In this document: piece after piece, positions 52,907 to 62,089 of the stretch
Position numbering within the stretch: the stretch's first letter is position 1
Layout of the letters: every line of letters begins with the position of its first letter
DNA from: Bdellovibrionota bacterium
GTDB lineage: Bacteria > Bdellovibrionota_C > UBA2361 > JBGSMV01
Direction of reading: 5' to 3'
DNA length: 64,000 nt
Assembly (NCBI GenBank): GCA_044356455.1
Contig: JBIKWF010000007.1
Span: 1-64,000 of the forward strand
Position numbers and translations under genes: made by a program
The notes under the pieces: generated by a model
Database searches by the model: none
What the model was told of the DNA's origin: nothing
The model's input: the letters and a program-made list of their open reading frames with translations, nothing else

Positions 52907-53761
52907 CTACTTTTTTATCACCGAGTAGTCCCCAGGAATTTCAGCCGAGAATAGCGTGTCGGGAATGTCTTGATTGCACTTGGTCGTGGTGAGGGTAAAC
53001 GTCATACCCAGATTCTGCCTGGGGAGCTTTACCGAAATGACACCAGGGAGCTGGAGCCCCTCGCACGTGACGGCACCCTCGTATCCAAGCTCAACATCAG
53101 TTAAACCGTCAAACCTGTTGACGAGAGTTGCCTCAGTAAGGAGCCCTGTGGTGGGTTCGATGGTCCAGGTATCCCCGGTATCGGTGAGGCGTACCATGAG
53201 CTTTCCCGTCTGGGTATTCGTGGTAACGAGAGCTTCCTTTTGGTTGCTTACGCGCGCGGCAAAGCGCGGAGGTACTCGCGCAAGGAAGTACGACATGAGA
53301 TCGGATTCGCTCATAGGGAGTTTGAGGGCTGCTTGCAAAAGGCCACTCGCAGAGGAAGATACCACGGCGGATTTCTCACGGGGGTCAAGCAAGGTCGCGA
53401 GTCCTTCGCGCGCCACGAGTAATGTCAGCGTGTAGGTGGCAGATGGCGGGAGAATCTCAAGCCTAAACTTATCTGGTTTTTGAAAAACAATTATTCCTCG
53501 AACGGCCGAAGTTTGCTCCGACTCGGTTAGCACTACCTGGCTTAGCGAGCGTAGCGATCGAATCTCCTGGTCTCTCCTGATAAGGGTTTCTTGCAGCGTC
53601 AAACGAGCGTCATCGGCGAGTGGGTTTCCTGGGATGGGCGCGCGGCGGGGGGTGCAGCTGCTTGAAAACAATAGGAGCACCAAAATACTCGCAAGGAATG
53701 CCGCGTAAGCCATGCGAGGGCGGGAAGGCTCCCCCGGGGAGTTGTGAGGATTTGTGATCAC
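52907..53761 (-). CDS. LolA/LolB-fold-like lipoprotein (DUF4292-like)
   Basis: Lipoprotein-type signal ending SSSC; 'FQKPDKFRLE', terminal 'NQDIPDTLF..EIP'; follows the TPR gene. Confidence 0.65.
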   Translation of the reverse strand: MITNPHNSPGEPSRPRMAYAAFLASILVLLLFSSSCTPRRAPIPGNPLADDARLTLQETLIRRDQEIRSLRSLSQVVLTESEQTSAVRGIIVFQKPDKFRLEILPPSATYTLTLLVAREGLATLLDPREKSAVVSSSASGLLQAALKLPMSESDLMSYFLARVPPRFAARVSNQKEALVTTNTQTGKLMVRLTDTGDTWTIEPTTGLLTEATLVNRFDGLTDVELGYEGAVTCEGLQLPGVISVKLPRQNLGMTFTLTTTKCNQDIPDTLFSAEIPGDYSVIKK

Positions 53762-53765
53762 CTAA

Positions 53766-55700
53766 TTAGTTACTCAGCTTATCCGAGACACGAGGATTTG
53801 GGGCCGCCGATTTTTTAAGCTTCTCTTCGATTCGCGAAATAGCTTCAGCATGTTCATCTCCTTCAGCGTCCCGCAGCTTCTCGAGTGCTAGGCCATACGC
53901 TTCCGCGGCTTCTGGGCTCTTGCCGTTTGCAGCGAGGGCATCTGCGTAGTGTTCAAGGATTTCGGGGTCTTCCGAGGTGAGCTGAACGGCTCGGCTTAGG
54001 CTTGCCTCAGCATCCTTACTTTGGCCTTGCCGAAGCTGGATGCATCCTAAGGTGTCGAGATAGAAGCCGTCGTTTGGCCTAATAGAAAGGGCCCGTTCAA
54101 TCAGGGTCAAGGCTCGGTCAAGGTTATCGTTCTTCTTCGCAAGCGCGAATGCTACGAAATTAAGTGCATCGCTGTTATTTGGCTCGGCGGCGATAACTTG
54201 CTCCATGGCGCTAAGCGATCCCGTCAGGTCTCCCATCTCATGCAGCAGGCTGCCGTAACTAAAGAGCAGTTTTCCGTCGTTGGGCGTTTTCTTGAGCTGG
54301 GTTTCTAAAAGGTCGCGCGCCTTGTCGAACTGCCTGCTCTCTTTAAGGATTACTACCAAGAAGCTTAGCACGTCCGTGTCGGGTTCCTTGGTTGAGAGCG
54401 CCTCTCGAATCGCTCGTTCCGCTCCTGCGAAATCTCTATTCTGCCTAAGCAGAAATGCGGCGAAGGTGCGTGACTTAACAAAGAGTGGGGAGTCACTTTC
54501 AATCTTCCAGAGCTCGTTTGCAGCTTCTTTTACATCCCCGGTGCTAGAAAGTACCGCTGCTAAATTATAGCGGGCCTCCGCGTTCGAAGGATCCTTTGCC
54601 AGTATGAGCCTGAGAAATCGCAAGGCTGTTTTGTGATTCTGCTGACGCACAGAAGCGAGCGCGAGACGAAACTGAGCCTCAGCTATGGTGATAGGTGTGC
54701 TATCGACTGAGCGCAGCTTTTCGAGTGCCTCTGACTCGCTCGAGTTTGAGATGAGCAGCAAGATGCGCTTTGCAGTTTGATGGGCAGGGTCTGCTTTGAG
54801 AAGCTGGTTACAGCGCTCTTTAATCTCTTGGGCCTTCCCAAGTTTGGCGAGGACGCGTGCACTATCGATCAGGGGGTAGGGGTTCCTTGGCTCTAACGCG
54901 AGCGTCTGGGAATAGGCGGCAAGTGCCTCCTGGAATTGGCCTGCACCTTCAAGGCTACGAGCGAGATAGTAAGTTGCTATTCCCTCGCGCGGATGATCCT
55001 TCACGGCCTGGGCGAGAACCTGTGCTGCGTCTTGAAACCGCTCTTCTTCAATAAGCAGGACTCCCAAAAGCAGTTCGGGCTCAAGAGGTGCAGCGGTGGT
55101 TTTCTTTTCTGCAGTTTGCGCGGAGACTCCTGCCGAATCTGCGCGGGCGATTGCAGCCCGGTAGGCAGTTTCAGCTTCTGCCTTTCTCTCAAGGGTATGC
55201 AGCAGCAAGGCCTTAAGCAGCAGGGACTCCTCGTTGTCACCCTCGTCTGCTAAGGCTGCGTTAATCTCCTGAAGCGAGGCTTCTAGATCGAGAGCGCCCA
55301 AGTAAAGGTCTGCAAGTTGAGAGTGCAGAGTGGGAACGGGTCCTTCAAAAAGCTGCTTCGCTTTCGAAAAGTTTGCAATTGCGGCCTCAGAATCATTGGA
55401 TTGAAGCGCTATCTCTCCGCGTAAATAGGAGAGGAGCGCCGAAGATTTCTTCGACACGGACTGTCCCAGGGATGAGCGCGGCGCGTGTTGTATGTCGGTG
55501 TCGAGCTGACTCGAGGGAGTTTGAGGTCCACTGGTAAACGCGCACCCGCCCACGAGAAGCCCCAAAAGAGACGGCAAAAGAAGAGGGCGAGGTGTGAGAG
55601 GAGCTGCGTTTGTGCGCGAGCGAGAGGCTACGGGCACACCTAGAGTGAGCGACCGGAATCGGTTCAGCGGAGAATCGGTAAGGCGTGTTCTTCTATTCAC
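53766..55700 (-). CDS. TPR-repeat lipoprotein
   Basis: Lipobox VGGC; multiple TPRs; 'ALNFVAF...LDRALTLIERAL..RPNDGFYLDTLG' C-terminal pattern. Confidence 0.85.
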   Translation of the reverse strand: MNRRTRLTDSPLNRFRSLTLGVPVASRSRTNAAPLTPRPLLLPSLLGLLVGGCAFTSGPQTPSSQLDTDIQHAPRSSLGQSVSKKSSALLSYLRGEIALQSNDSEAAIANFSKAKQLFEGPVPTLHSQLADLYLGALDLEASLQEINAALADEGDNEESLLLKALLLHTLERKAEAETAYRAAIARADSAGVSAQTAEKKTTAAPLEPELLLGVLLIEEERFQDAAQVLAQAVKDHPREGIATYYLARSLEGAGQFQEALAAYSQTLALEPRNPYPLIDSARVLAKLGKAQEIKERCNQLLKADPAHQTAKRILLLISNSSESEALEKLRSVDSTPITIAEAQFRLALASVRQQNHKTALRFLRLILAKDPSNAEARYNLAAVLSSTGDVKEAANELWKIESDSPLFVKSRTFAAFLLRQNRDFAGAERAIREALSTKEPDTDVLSFLVVILKESRQFDKARDLLETQLKKTPNDGKLLFSYGSLLHEMGDLTGSLSAMEQVIAAEPNNSDALNFVAFALAKKNDNLDRALTLIERALSIRPNDGFYLDTLGCIQLRQGQSKDAEASLSRAVQLTSEDPEILEHYADALAANGKSPEAAEAYGLALEKLRDAEGDEHAEAISRIEEKLKKSAAPNPRVSDKLSN

Positions 55701-55888
55701 GTTCGCTCATATGTACCACTCGTCAGGGCGTTGGCCAACGCTTCTTCGCGGCCAAATCGCACTAAGCGACAGACACAAAGTTTTGCAGACTGCAGAACGT
55801 AGAGCAGGGGAAGAGGGACTGGCCGTTAGTCTGTAAACACTTCAGTCACGCACGTAAGGCGACTTTCTCGGGGGAGAAGGATAGCGAG

Positions 55889-55962
55889 TGGCTCGCCCGC
55901 GAGGACTCGAACCTCGATTCTCAGAGTCAGAATCTGATGTGCTACCATTGCACCACGGGCGA
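55889..55962 (-). tRNA. tRNA-Gln(CTG)
   Basis: Reverse complement TCGCCCGTGGTGCAATGGTAGCACATCAGATT-CTG-ACTCTGAGAATCGAGGTTCGAGTCCTCGCGGGCGAGCCA. Confidence 0.96.
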
Positions 55963-56238
55963 ACAGAGACCCCACGTTTTACCTATCTTCGCGACTTCTT
56001 ACAACCGCACCGAAATATAGTCTTGATTGGCTAACTATCTGAAAGTACTCGCATAAGCCGTCTTTTGCCTCTTCAGGGCTGGAACATTTGGCTCAAGTTG
56101 ATTCTCTGCTTCGCCGACTCCCTATCTACCACTCAGTGTGTGTGTGGATAGATTAAGTATTTCTCTGCAGTGAACCAGTAGCCCGTTCTGCTTTGTCGCC
56201 CCATGGCAAGCGTGCTGCGTTCTTAGGAGGAGAGCTAT

Positions 56239-56466
56239 ATGGCGAGAGCAGTGTATCAACACGAGCTGCAAGACCAAGATTTTTCGTGGTTACTTCAACG
56301 GTTTCAGGAGTCCAATCCCGAGTATGTGCTTGTGGAGTCAGCAATCCTGCCCGTTATTCTGGTGCGGGGAAGTCGTATTTCCCCTGTTTCCGACATTCCG
56401 CTTGTGCTTGGAGCTGCGGAGGATGAAATGCTAGATGAGGGAGCCATTACGGACCCAGAGTCCTAG
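56239..56466 (+). CDS. Small acidic hypothetical protein (75 aa)
   Basis: AGGAGG RBS before the ATG; followed by a hairpin. Confidence 0.6.
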   Translation: MARAVYQHELQDQDFSWLLQRFQESNPEYVLVESAILPVILVRGSRISPVSDIPLVLGAAEDEMLDEGAITDPES

Positions 56467-56516
56467 GGGCATCCGCATCGCGTAATGTGCTGATAGATTA
56501 CGTCGTAGGTGTAAGA

Positions 56517-56577
56517 AATACGAAGGGCTGCGGAACTTGGAGATTCTAAATCTCCTCATTTCGCAGCCCTTCGTATT
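56517..56577. terminator. Long hairpin between convergent genes
   Basis: aatacgaagggctgcg...cgcagcccttcgtatt 16-bp stem plus inner ggagatt/aatctcc. Confidence 0.65.
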
Positions 56578-56594
56578 GTATCCTGTCAACAGAG

Positions 56595-57977
56595 TTAGGC
56601 GAGCTGGAGCTTTATGTTCTCAATTCTTTCAGTCACCAATGACTGATATTTTTTCAGGTGCGCTTCGTCGGCAGCTTCAAAGCGCATGACCAGCACGGGC
56701 TGCGTATTTGAGGCGCGGACAAGGCCCCAGCCTTTTTCAAAGGTGATACGTACTCCGTCGATAGTCTCAACCTTGAATTCTCCAAAAGCTTTTTTTGCAA
56801 GCTCTGGAATCTTAAATTTAATATTCTCAGGGCAATCGACGCGTATTTCAGGAGTCGCGATCATTGGGGGCACTTCGGTAAGTAGTTCAGAGGCTTTTCC
56901 AGTGAAGTGGCTCATAATTTCCGCAAAACGAAGCGATGCATACAGCGCATCATCAAAGCCAAAGTAGCGATGCTTGAAGAAGATGTGGCCACTCATTTCG
57001 CCCGCAAGTTCGCCGTGCAGCTCTTTGAGCTTGCTCTTAATCAGCGAATGGCCGGTCTTCCACATTACGGCTTTGGCACCTAAGGAGTTTAGTCCATCAA
57101 AGAGGCGCGAAGAGCACTTCACGTCGCCTATGATTGTGGCGCCGGGGCAGGTGCGCAGGATTTCGCGGCCGTAGATGTAGAGCAGCATGTCGCCAAAAAT
57201 AATCTGTCCGCGCTCATCTACCACGCCAATTCGGTCCGCATCCCCGTCCCAGCCAATGCCAAAGTCGGCCTTGGTTTCAAGAACCTTTTTCTGCAGGTCG
57301 ACCACGTTCTCGGGGACAGTTGGATCGGGATGGTGGTTTGGGAAGCGGCCGTCAGGCTCGCAGAAGATCTCAATCACTTCGCAGCCGAGGCCACGCAGTA
57401 CGGCAGGTCCTACAAGGCCGCCGACGCCATTGCCAGCGTCAACTACAATCTTAAGTTTACGAGTTCCAAAGTGTCCCTTGGCGTTTTCGATCAGGTTCTT
57501 AATGTAGGTTTCCCGGATAGGGAGCTCTGATAGGGTGCCCTTTTTCGATGGCGAGGCTGAAGGCTGCTTTGCTTCCTTAAGTACGCGTTCCTTAAGATCC
57601 TGGATGTCAGGACCTGAGAGCGTGTGAGTTCCGAGGCACAGTTTAAAGCCATTCATGTTCGAGGGGTTGTGGCTTCCCGTGACCTGGATTGCGCCGCCAA
57701 GTTTTTTCTCGAAAAGAGCAAAGTATACTTGTGGCGTGGGGCCCATGCCGGTGAGGCATACGTCAATCCCGCTATCGGTGATGCCACGCGCGAGTGCTGC
57801 CGCGTAGGCCTCAGAGGAAAGACGGCAGTCACGGCCGATTGCGATGTTGTTTTTGCTTTGCTCGCGGGCAAGGGACGCGTAGGCTTTGCCAATCAAATAG
57901 GCAAGATCTTCGGAAAGATCTACCCCAACGGTGCCGCGGATGTCGTATTCACGAAAAACAACTGGATCGATATTCAT
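56595..57977 (-). CDS. Phosphomannomutase/phosphoglucomutase (AlgC-like)
   Basis: FREYDIRG, TGSHNP, DGDADR, GEMSGH, RASNTQP. Confidence 0.95.
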   Translation of the reverse strand: MNIDPVVFREYDIRGTVGVDLSEDLAYLIGKAYASLAREQSKNNIAIGRDCRLSSEAYAAALARGITDSGIDVCLTGMGPTPQVYFALFEKKLGGAIQVTGSHNPSNMNGFKLCLGTHTLSGPDIQDLKERVLKEAKQPSASPSKKGTLSELPIRETYIKNLIENAKGHFGTRKLKIVVDAGNGVGGLVGPAVLRGLGCEVIEIFCEPDGRFPNHHPDPTVPENVVDLQKKVLETKADFGIGWDGDADRIGVVDERGQIIFGDMLLYIYGREILRTCPGATIIGDVKCSSRLFDGLNSLGAKAVMWKTGHSLIKSKLKELHGELAGEMSGHIFFKHRYFGFDDALYASLRFAEIMSHFTGKASELLTEVPPMIATPEIRVDCPENIKFKIPELAKKAFGEFKVETIDGVRITFEKGWGLVRASNTQPVLVMRFEAADEAHLKKYQSLVTERIENIKLQLA

Positions 57978-58072
57978 AGCGTAGCCTCAAAGATGCACTT
58001 TAAAATTTTAATACCACGGGGAGCAATCAATGAAGAGGTATGCTGCCCAAAACCAGGACCCAGGGAACCCCA

Positions 58073-58210
58073 GGACCTACTGAAAAACCTAAAAATGAGC
58101 TTTTCTGCAATGTTTTTACTCCGCGTACTCAGCGTCCTCCGCGTTATTCAATAGTTTTCAAGTAACGCGGAGGACGCTGAGTACGCGGAGGAGGATTTTT
58201 CAGCAGCTCC
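58073..58210. mobile_element. Divergent MITE-like element (subtype C) with a perfect 28-bp inner stem
   Basis: ggacctactgaaaaa...tttttcagcagctcc; ctccgcgtactcagcgtcctccgcgtta (58119-58146) / taacgcggaggacgctgagtacgcggag (58163-58190). Confidence 0.75.
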
Positions 58211-58252
58211 CTCGAACGGCGCCCGGGGAGTACGTGTCCGTCCGGAAACGTT

Positions 58253-59410
58253 TTATACCTTTCTGTCGATAGTGTGAAGCTTCATAAGATCGGTGGTGAA
58301 GAACGTTTGGACGCGTTCTTGAAGCTTCTTCTCTGTGAGCGCCTTGCGCACTTCAGATAGAATGCTTTCATCAACTTCCTTCTCCTTCTCTAGGTATCGC
58401 CTCTCAACTAGGAAGAGGCGGTACCCGTCAGGAAGCTCAACGAGTGGGGTTACCTCTCCTTCCTTAACCGAGAGGAGGGCCTCGAAGACTTTGGGACTTA
58501 GTTCCTCTTCTGCCACTACACCAAGGGAGCCACCTTCAGCGGCTTCGGCGCCTTCTGAATACGCTTCAGCCACTTTCGCAAAAGGACGGCCTTCCTCGAT
58601 TAAAGTGCGAGCTTCTGTTGCGCGCGCAAGAGCTTCTTCCTGCGTGCGGGCTGAGTTACTGACAACAATTTGGCTGAGTTTTACCTTTGAGCCGGCTCGA
58701 GTGAGGGCCGGATGTTCTTTGAGATATTGTGAAATGTCTTCGTCGTTGACGGCGGCACCTTGCTGCATGAGCTGCGCAATAAGACGGGAACGCAGGATGT
58801 CGGCTTTTACCTGGTCGCGGTAGACATCGACACGTTGAGCGTGGGCACGAAGTGCAGTCTCAAATTGGTCGCGTGACATCTTATTTTTTTTTGCGACTTC
58901 CTCTATGTAGCCATCGATTTCTGGATCAGTTACGCGAATCTTTCGATTAGTCGCTTCTTCCTCTATGAGATGTTCAAAAATCATTTGCTCAAGAGTCTGC
59001 TTGGCCTGTGGATTGGAGGAGAGTGCACTTAGAGAAAGCGGGGCTGAGGAACCCAGTCTGGTGGCGACATCGGCGAGAGTGATAGGTTTGCCATTCACGC
59101 TTGCTACCACGGCGTCTACCACCAGCTCAGAGCTCGTGGCGCTCTTGTCAGCGCTTTCGAGGGCACTAGAGTTTTCCTTGGGCTGAAAGATGCTGTTCTG
59201 TGCGCGGGCTCTTGCTGAGCTCATTTCTTTCTGACTCGCGGCTGCTACGCTTTTGCCTGAAGGTGCCGCCTGGGCAAGAGGTGTTGCGAGGGCGCGAGAG
59301 GGATAGGCGATGATAGCTAGCGCCCCCGCAGCTCCTAGTAGAGCTGAGAGAGTGGTAAAGCCAAGACGAGGGCGGGGCAAAAGCCGTACTGTTACCTGCA
59401 TGGGGGGCAT
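58253..59410 (-). CDS. SurA-like chaperone / parvulin PPIase; start uncertain
   Basis: VDAVVASVNGKPIT, LEQMI..LI..EA, FAKVAEAYSEG..A.EGGSLG. Confidence 0.85.
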   Translation of the reverse strand: MPPMQVTVRLLPRPRLGFTTLSALLGAAGALAIIAYPSRALATPLAQAAPSGKSVAAASQKEMSSARARAQNSIFQPKENSSALESADKSATSSELVVDAVVASVNGKPITLADVATRLGSSAPLSLSALSSNPQAKQTLEQMIFEHLIEEEATNRKIRVTDPEIDGYIEEVAKKNKMSRDQFETALRAHAQRVDVYRDQVKADILRSRLIAQLMQQGAAVNDEDISQYLKEHPALTRAGSKVKLSQIVVSNSARTQEEALARATEARTLIEEGRPFAKVAEAYSEGAEAAEGGSLGVVAEEELSPKVFEALLSVKEGEVTPLVELPDGYRLFLVERRYLEKEKEVDESILSEVRKALTEKKLQERVQTFFTTDLMKLHTIDRKV

Positions 59411-59483
59411 GGTAGTAACCGCGCAGTTGTTTGGCAATTGTGGGGAAAATTTACCCACTGCGGCCATCCTGGGGGTCTCTTTC

Positions 59484-60089
59484 GTGACAGTAGCCTTAGA
59501 TTTCACTACGTTAGTCGACGAGCATGGGGATTACCTGTTCCGGGTAGCCCTCCGGCACTTTCCCGAGAGGCATCGGGCCGAGGAACTCGTGCAGGAAACC
59601 TTTGTAGCTGCGTTAGAGGCTGCCAGCCGCTTTCAGGGGCACGCGAGCCCTCGAACCTGGCTTACCTCTATCCTGAGACACAAGATTATCGACGCAATTC
59701 GGCGCAAGGTTCGGGAGGAACCTCCAAGGCTCGAAGCCTCGGAGTCCCTTGACCAGTACTTTGAGCGAAAAGCGCATTGGAAGCCGGGAGCCGAACCGCA
59801 GCCTTGGCAAACGAGCCCTGAGACGCTTCCCTCTCAAAAAGAGTTCTTTGGAGTACTAAGGAATTGTCTTACTACTATCCCAGAGACTCAGCGCCAGGTC
59901 TTTGTACTGCGCGAGATTGATGAGCTTGATCCGGAAGAAATTTGTAACACGATGAGTCTTTCAGCTACCAATGTACGGGTGCTCTTGCATAGGGCGCGTC
60001 TTGCTCTCAGAAAATGTCTCGAAGCAAATTGGTTTGGGAAGGTGGCGGACGGGAGAAGCAACAGTTCTTTCAAGCGAGGTGCTACATGA
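59484..60089 (+). CDS. ECF sigma-70 factor; start uncertain
   Basis: AEELVQETFVAA, TWLTSILRHKIID, VFVLRE, EIC..MSLSATNVRVLLHRARLALR. Confidence 0.92.
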   Translation: MTVALDFTTLVDEHGDYLFRVALRHFPERHRAEELVQETFVAALEAASRFQGHASPRTWLTSILRHKIIDAIRRKVREEPPRLEASESLDQYFERKAHWKPGAEPQPWQTSPETLPSQKEFFGVLRNCLTTIPETQRQVFVLREIDELDPEEICNTMSLSATNVRVLLHRARLALRKCLEANWFGKVADGRSNSSFKRGAT

Positions 60090-60328
60090 TACCTTGTAAG
60101 AAGGCGAGTGAGCTCATGTCGCAGGGTTTGGACGAACCACTTTCGTGGTGGTGCAAGCTCTTACTCAACATTCACTTTCTCTATTGCTCTGCCTGCCGCA
60201 GATTTTCTGATCATCTTAAGGTCCTTAGAGCAGCACATAAATCGAGCTTGGCCGATGGCGAAGAAAGGTTAAGTTCAGAGGCGAGGGGAAAAATTCGTGC
60301 CGCTTTGGCGGAGCGTGAGACGCATTAA
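60086..60328 (+). CDS. Soluble zinc-finger (zf-HC2/ZAS) anti-sigma factor
   Basis: C...SELMS..LD, HFLYCSAC (Hx3Cx2C); ATGA overlap with the sigma gene. Confidence 0.88.
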   Translation: MIPCKKASELMSQGLDEPLSWWCKLLLNIHFLYCSACRRFSDHLKVLRAAHKSSLADGEERLSSEARGKIRAALAERETH

Positions 60329-60414
60329 AGGTAGAAATCCAGGTTTGATCTTCCAGTCAATTTGGGGGCGTTACAATTATCTTACCGTTCTTCAGCGAAT
60401 TTAAACGCACCACA

Positions 60415-60563
60415 CTAGAGACCCTCTGAAAAACGTACCTCTGTGTACCTCTGTGTACCTCTGAGTCCTCTGTGGTGAAATTTTCATAAAGAAATTCACC
60501 ACAGAGGACTCAGAGGTACACAGAGGTGTATTAGGAATGAAGGTTTTTCAGGGGGTTCCCTAG
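60415..60563 (+). mobile_element. MITE-like palindromic element, subtype A, perfect CTAG duplication; right CTA is the glpK stop
   Basis: ctag-agaccctctgaaaaa...tttttcagggggttcc-ctag. Confidence 0.85.
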
Positions 60564-62059
60564 GAATAGAAGGCGTTAATTGCTCCCGCAGCTCTTTGCC
60601 AGCTTGAAACAATAGCGTCTGCCTCTTCACCGTTCATTTGCGGAGCAAATACGCGAGAAGCCTGAGGGGCAGCCTCTGCGCCGGGAGCGCCGAGTCCACG
60701 CAGCGCGGCGCGTGCTGCGCCAAGGGAGGTTAGCTCGCTGTGCACAGGCCGAGTGATGGTTGCTTTTAAGACGTCCGCTTGAAACTGCATCAAAAAATTG
60801 TTGTTTGAGGCGCCGCCGTCTACCCCAAGTCGCGAGATCGGTGTGCCCGCGTCTTGTTCCATGATTTTTACGAGTGCGACATTCTGGAGTGCAATTGCCT
60901 CAAGGGTTGCTCTGATAATTTGCGCTTTGGACGTGCCTAGTGAGAGTCCCACAATTGCAGCCTTGGCCCTGGGGTTCCAGAAAGGCGCGCCAAATCCAGT
61001 AAAGGAGGGGATTACCTGTACCTCTGGATCTCTTATGTCCGACTGCGCCAGGGCCTCACTTTCCGCGGCATCTCCCATCCAGCCAAACTTATCGCGTAAA
61101 TATTGCAGAGAAGATGCTGCAACAAAAACGCTCCCCTCGAGGGCAAAAGTGCGTGCTTGAGCACTGCTCATGGCGACGCTGCAGAGTAGCCCCCCTCGGG
61201 GTTTTACGGGAGCCTCTCCAATCGGAGAAAGAAGGAAGGAGCCAGTTCCAAAAGTTATCTTTCCTTCACCACGAGCCGTGCATCGGTGGCCAAAGAGCGC
61301 CGCTTGCTGGTCCCCCAAACAGCCCATAATAGGAATGCCATCCGGGAGCAGGGGGTGTTTGCTCGTGGTGGCTAAGAGCCCCACGCTCGGGCGAATTTCG
61401 GGAAGGAACTCTCTGCGAATTCCAAAAAGATCGAGCAGATCGTCTTCGTAGTCCCCCTTCGTGAGCCCATAGAGCATGGTTCGGCTCGCATTGGTGTGGT
61501 CGGTTACGTGCGATTGGTGGTTGCTGAGGCGGTTTATGAGGAAAGAGTCGATAGTACCTAAGGCAAGCTCTCCGCTCGCAGCCCAGCTCTTCACTTTTGA
61601 ATTGTTCTTTAGCAGCCAGGCAATTTTTGTAGCGCTAAAGTAGGGGTCAAGAAGTAGCCCAGTTGCTGTTTCAATGCGGTCCCGAATAGTTGCATCTTGT
61701 CTTAAGGTCGTGCAGGCATCCGCAGTGCGCCTGTCCTGCCACACCACTGCGCGGCCCCCGAGTTCGCCGGTCTTCTTGTTCCATGCGGCGATAGTTTCTC
61801 TTTGATTGGTGATTCCAATCGCTGCAATTCTCTTGGTGGGATTGGGGTAGCGCTTTTCTGCAAGGTCAAGAGCGCCCTTAAGTGCTTGTAATGTGCTTGT
61901 CCAAATTTCATTGAGATCGTGTTCGACCCAGCCCGGGGCGGGATAGTACTGGGGGAATTCCACTTTTCTGTGTGAGACGATCTCGAGGGACTCGGCATTA
62001 AAAAGAGCGGCCTGGCTCCCCGTCGTTCCTTGATCAAGAGCGAGAACAAGATTCGTCAT
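60560..62059 (-). CDS. glpK: Glycerol kinase
   Basis: LALDQGTT, PGWVEHD, IGITNQRET, VWQDRRT, DPYFSATK, TNASRT, GDQQAALFG, VDGGAS.N.FLMQFQAD. Confidence 0.96.
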   Translation of the reverse strand: MTNLVLALDQGTTGSQAALFNAESLEIVSHRKVEFPQYYPAPGWVEHDLNEIWTSTLQALKGALDLAEKRYPNPTKRIAAIGITNQRETIAAWNKKTGELGGRAVVWQDRRTADACTTLRQDATIRDRIETATGLLLDPYFSATKIAWLLKNNSKVKSWAASGELALGTIDSFLINRLSNHQSHVTDHTNASRTMLYGLTKGDYEDDLLDLFGIRREFLPEIRPSVGLLATTSKHPLLPDGIPIMGCLGDQQAALFGHRCTARGEGKITFGTGSFLLSPIGEAPVKPRGGLLCSVAMSSAQARTFALEGSVFVAASSLQYLRDKFGWMGDAAESEALAQSDIRDPEVQVIPSFTGFGAPFWNPRAKAAIVGLSLGTSKAQIIRATLEAIALQNVALVKIMEQDAGTPISRLGVDGGASNNNFLMQFQADVLKATITRPVHSELTSLGAARAALRGLGAPGAEAAPQASRVFAPQMNGEEADAIVSSWQRAAGAINAFYS

Positions 62060-62089
62060 AGAAGTCCTCACGAAGTTGAAGCTTTCTCT

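Noticed and set aside
51532..53439. Diversity-generating retroelement TR/VR pair
   Set aside because: Only 45 bp with 4 differences (not all at adenines), located mid-gene, and no reverse transcriptase in the window
59310..59506. Apparent 200-bp head-to-head overlap of the SurA-like and ECF sigma genes
   Set aside because: Artefact of longest-ORF starts; plausible starts at about 59410 (-) and 59484 (+) remove the overlap
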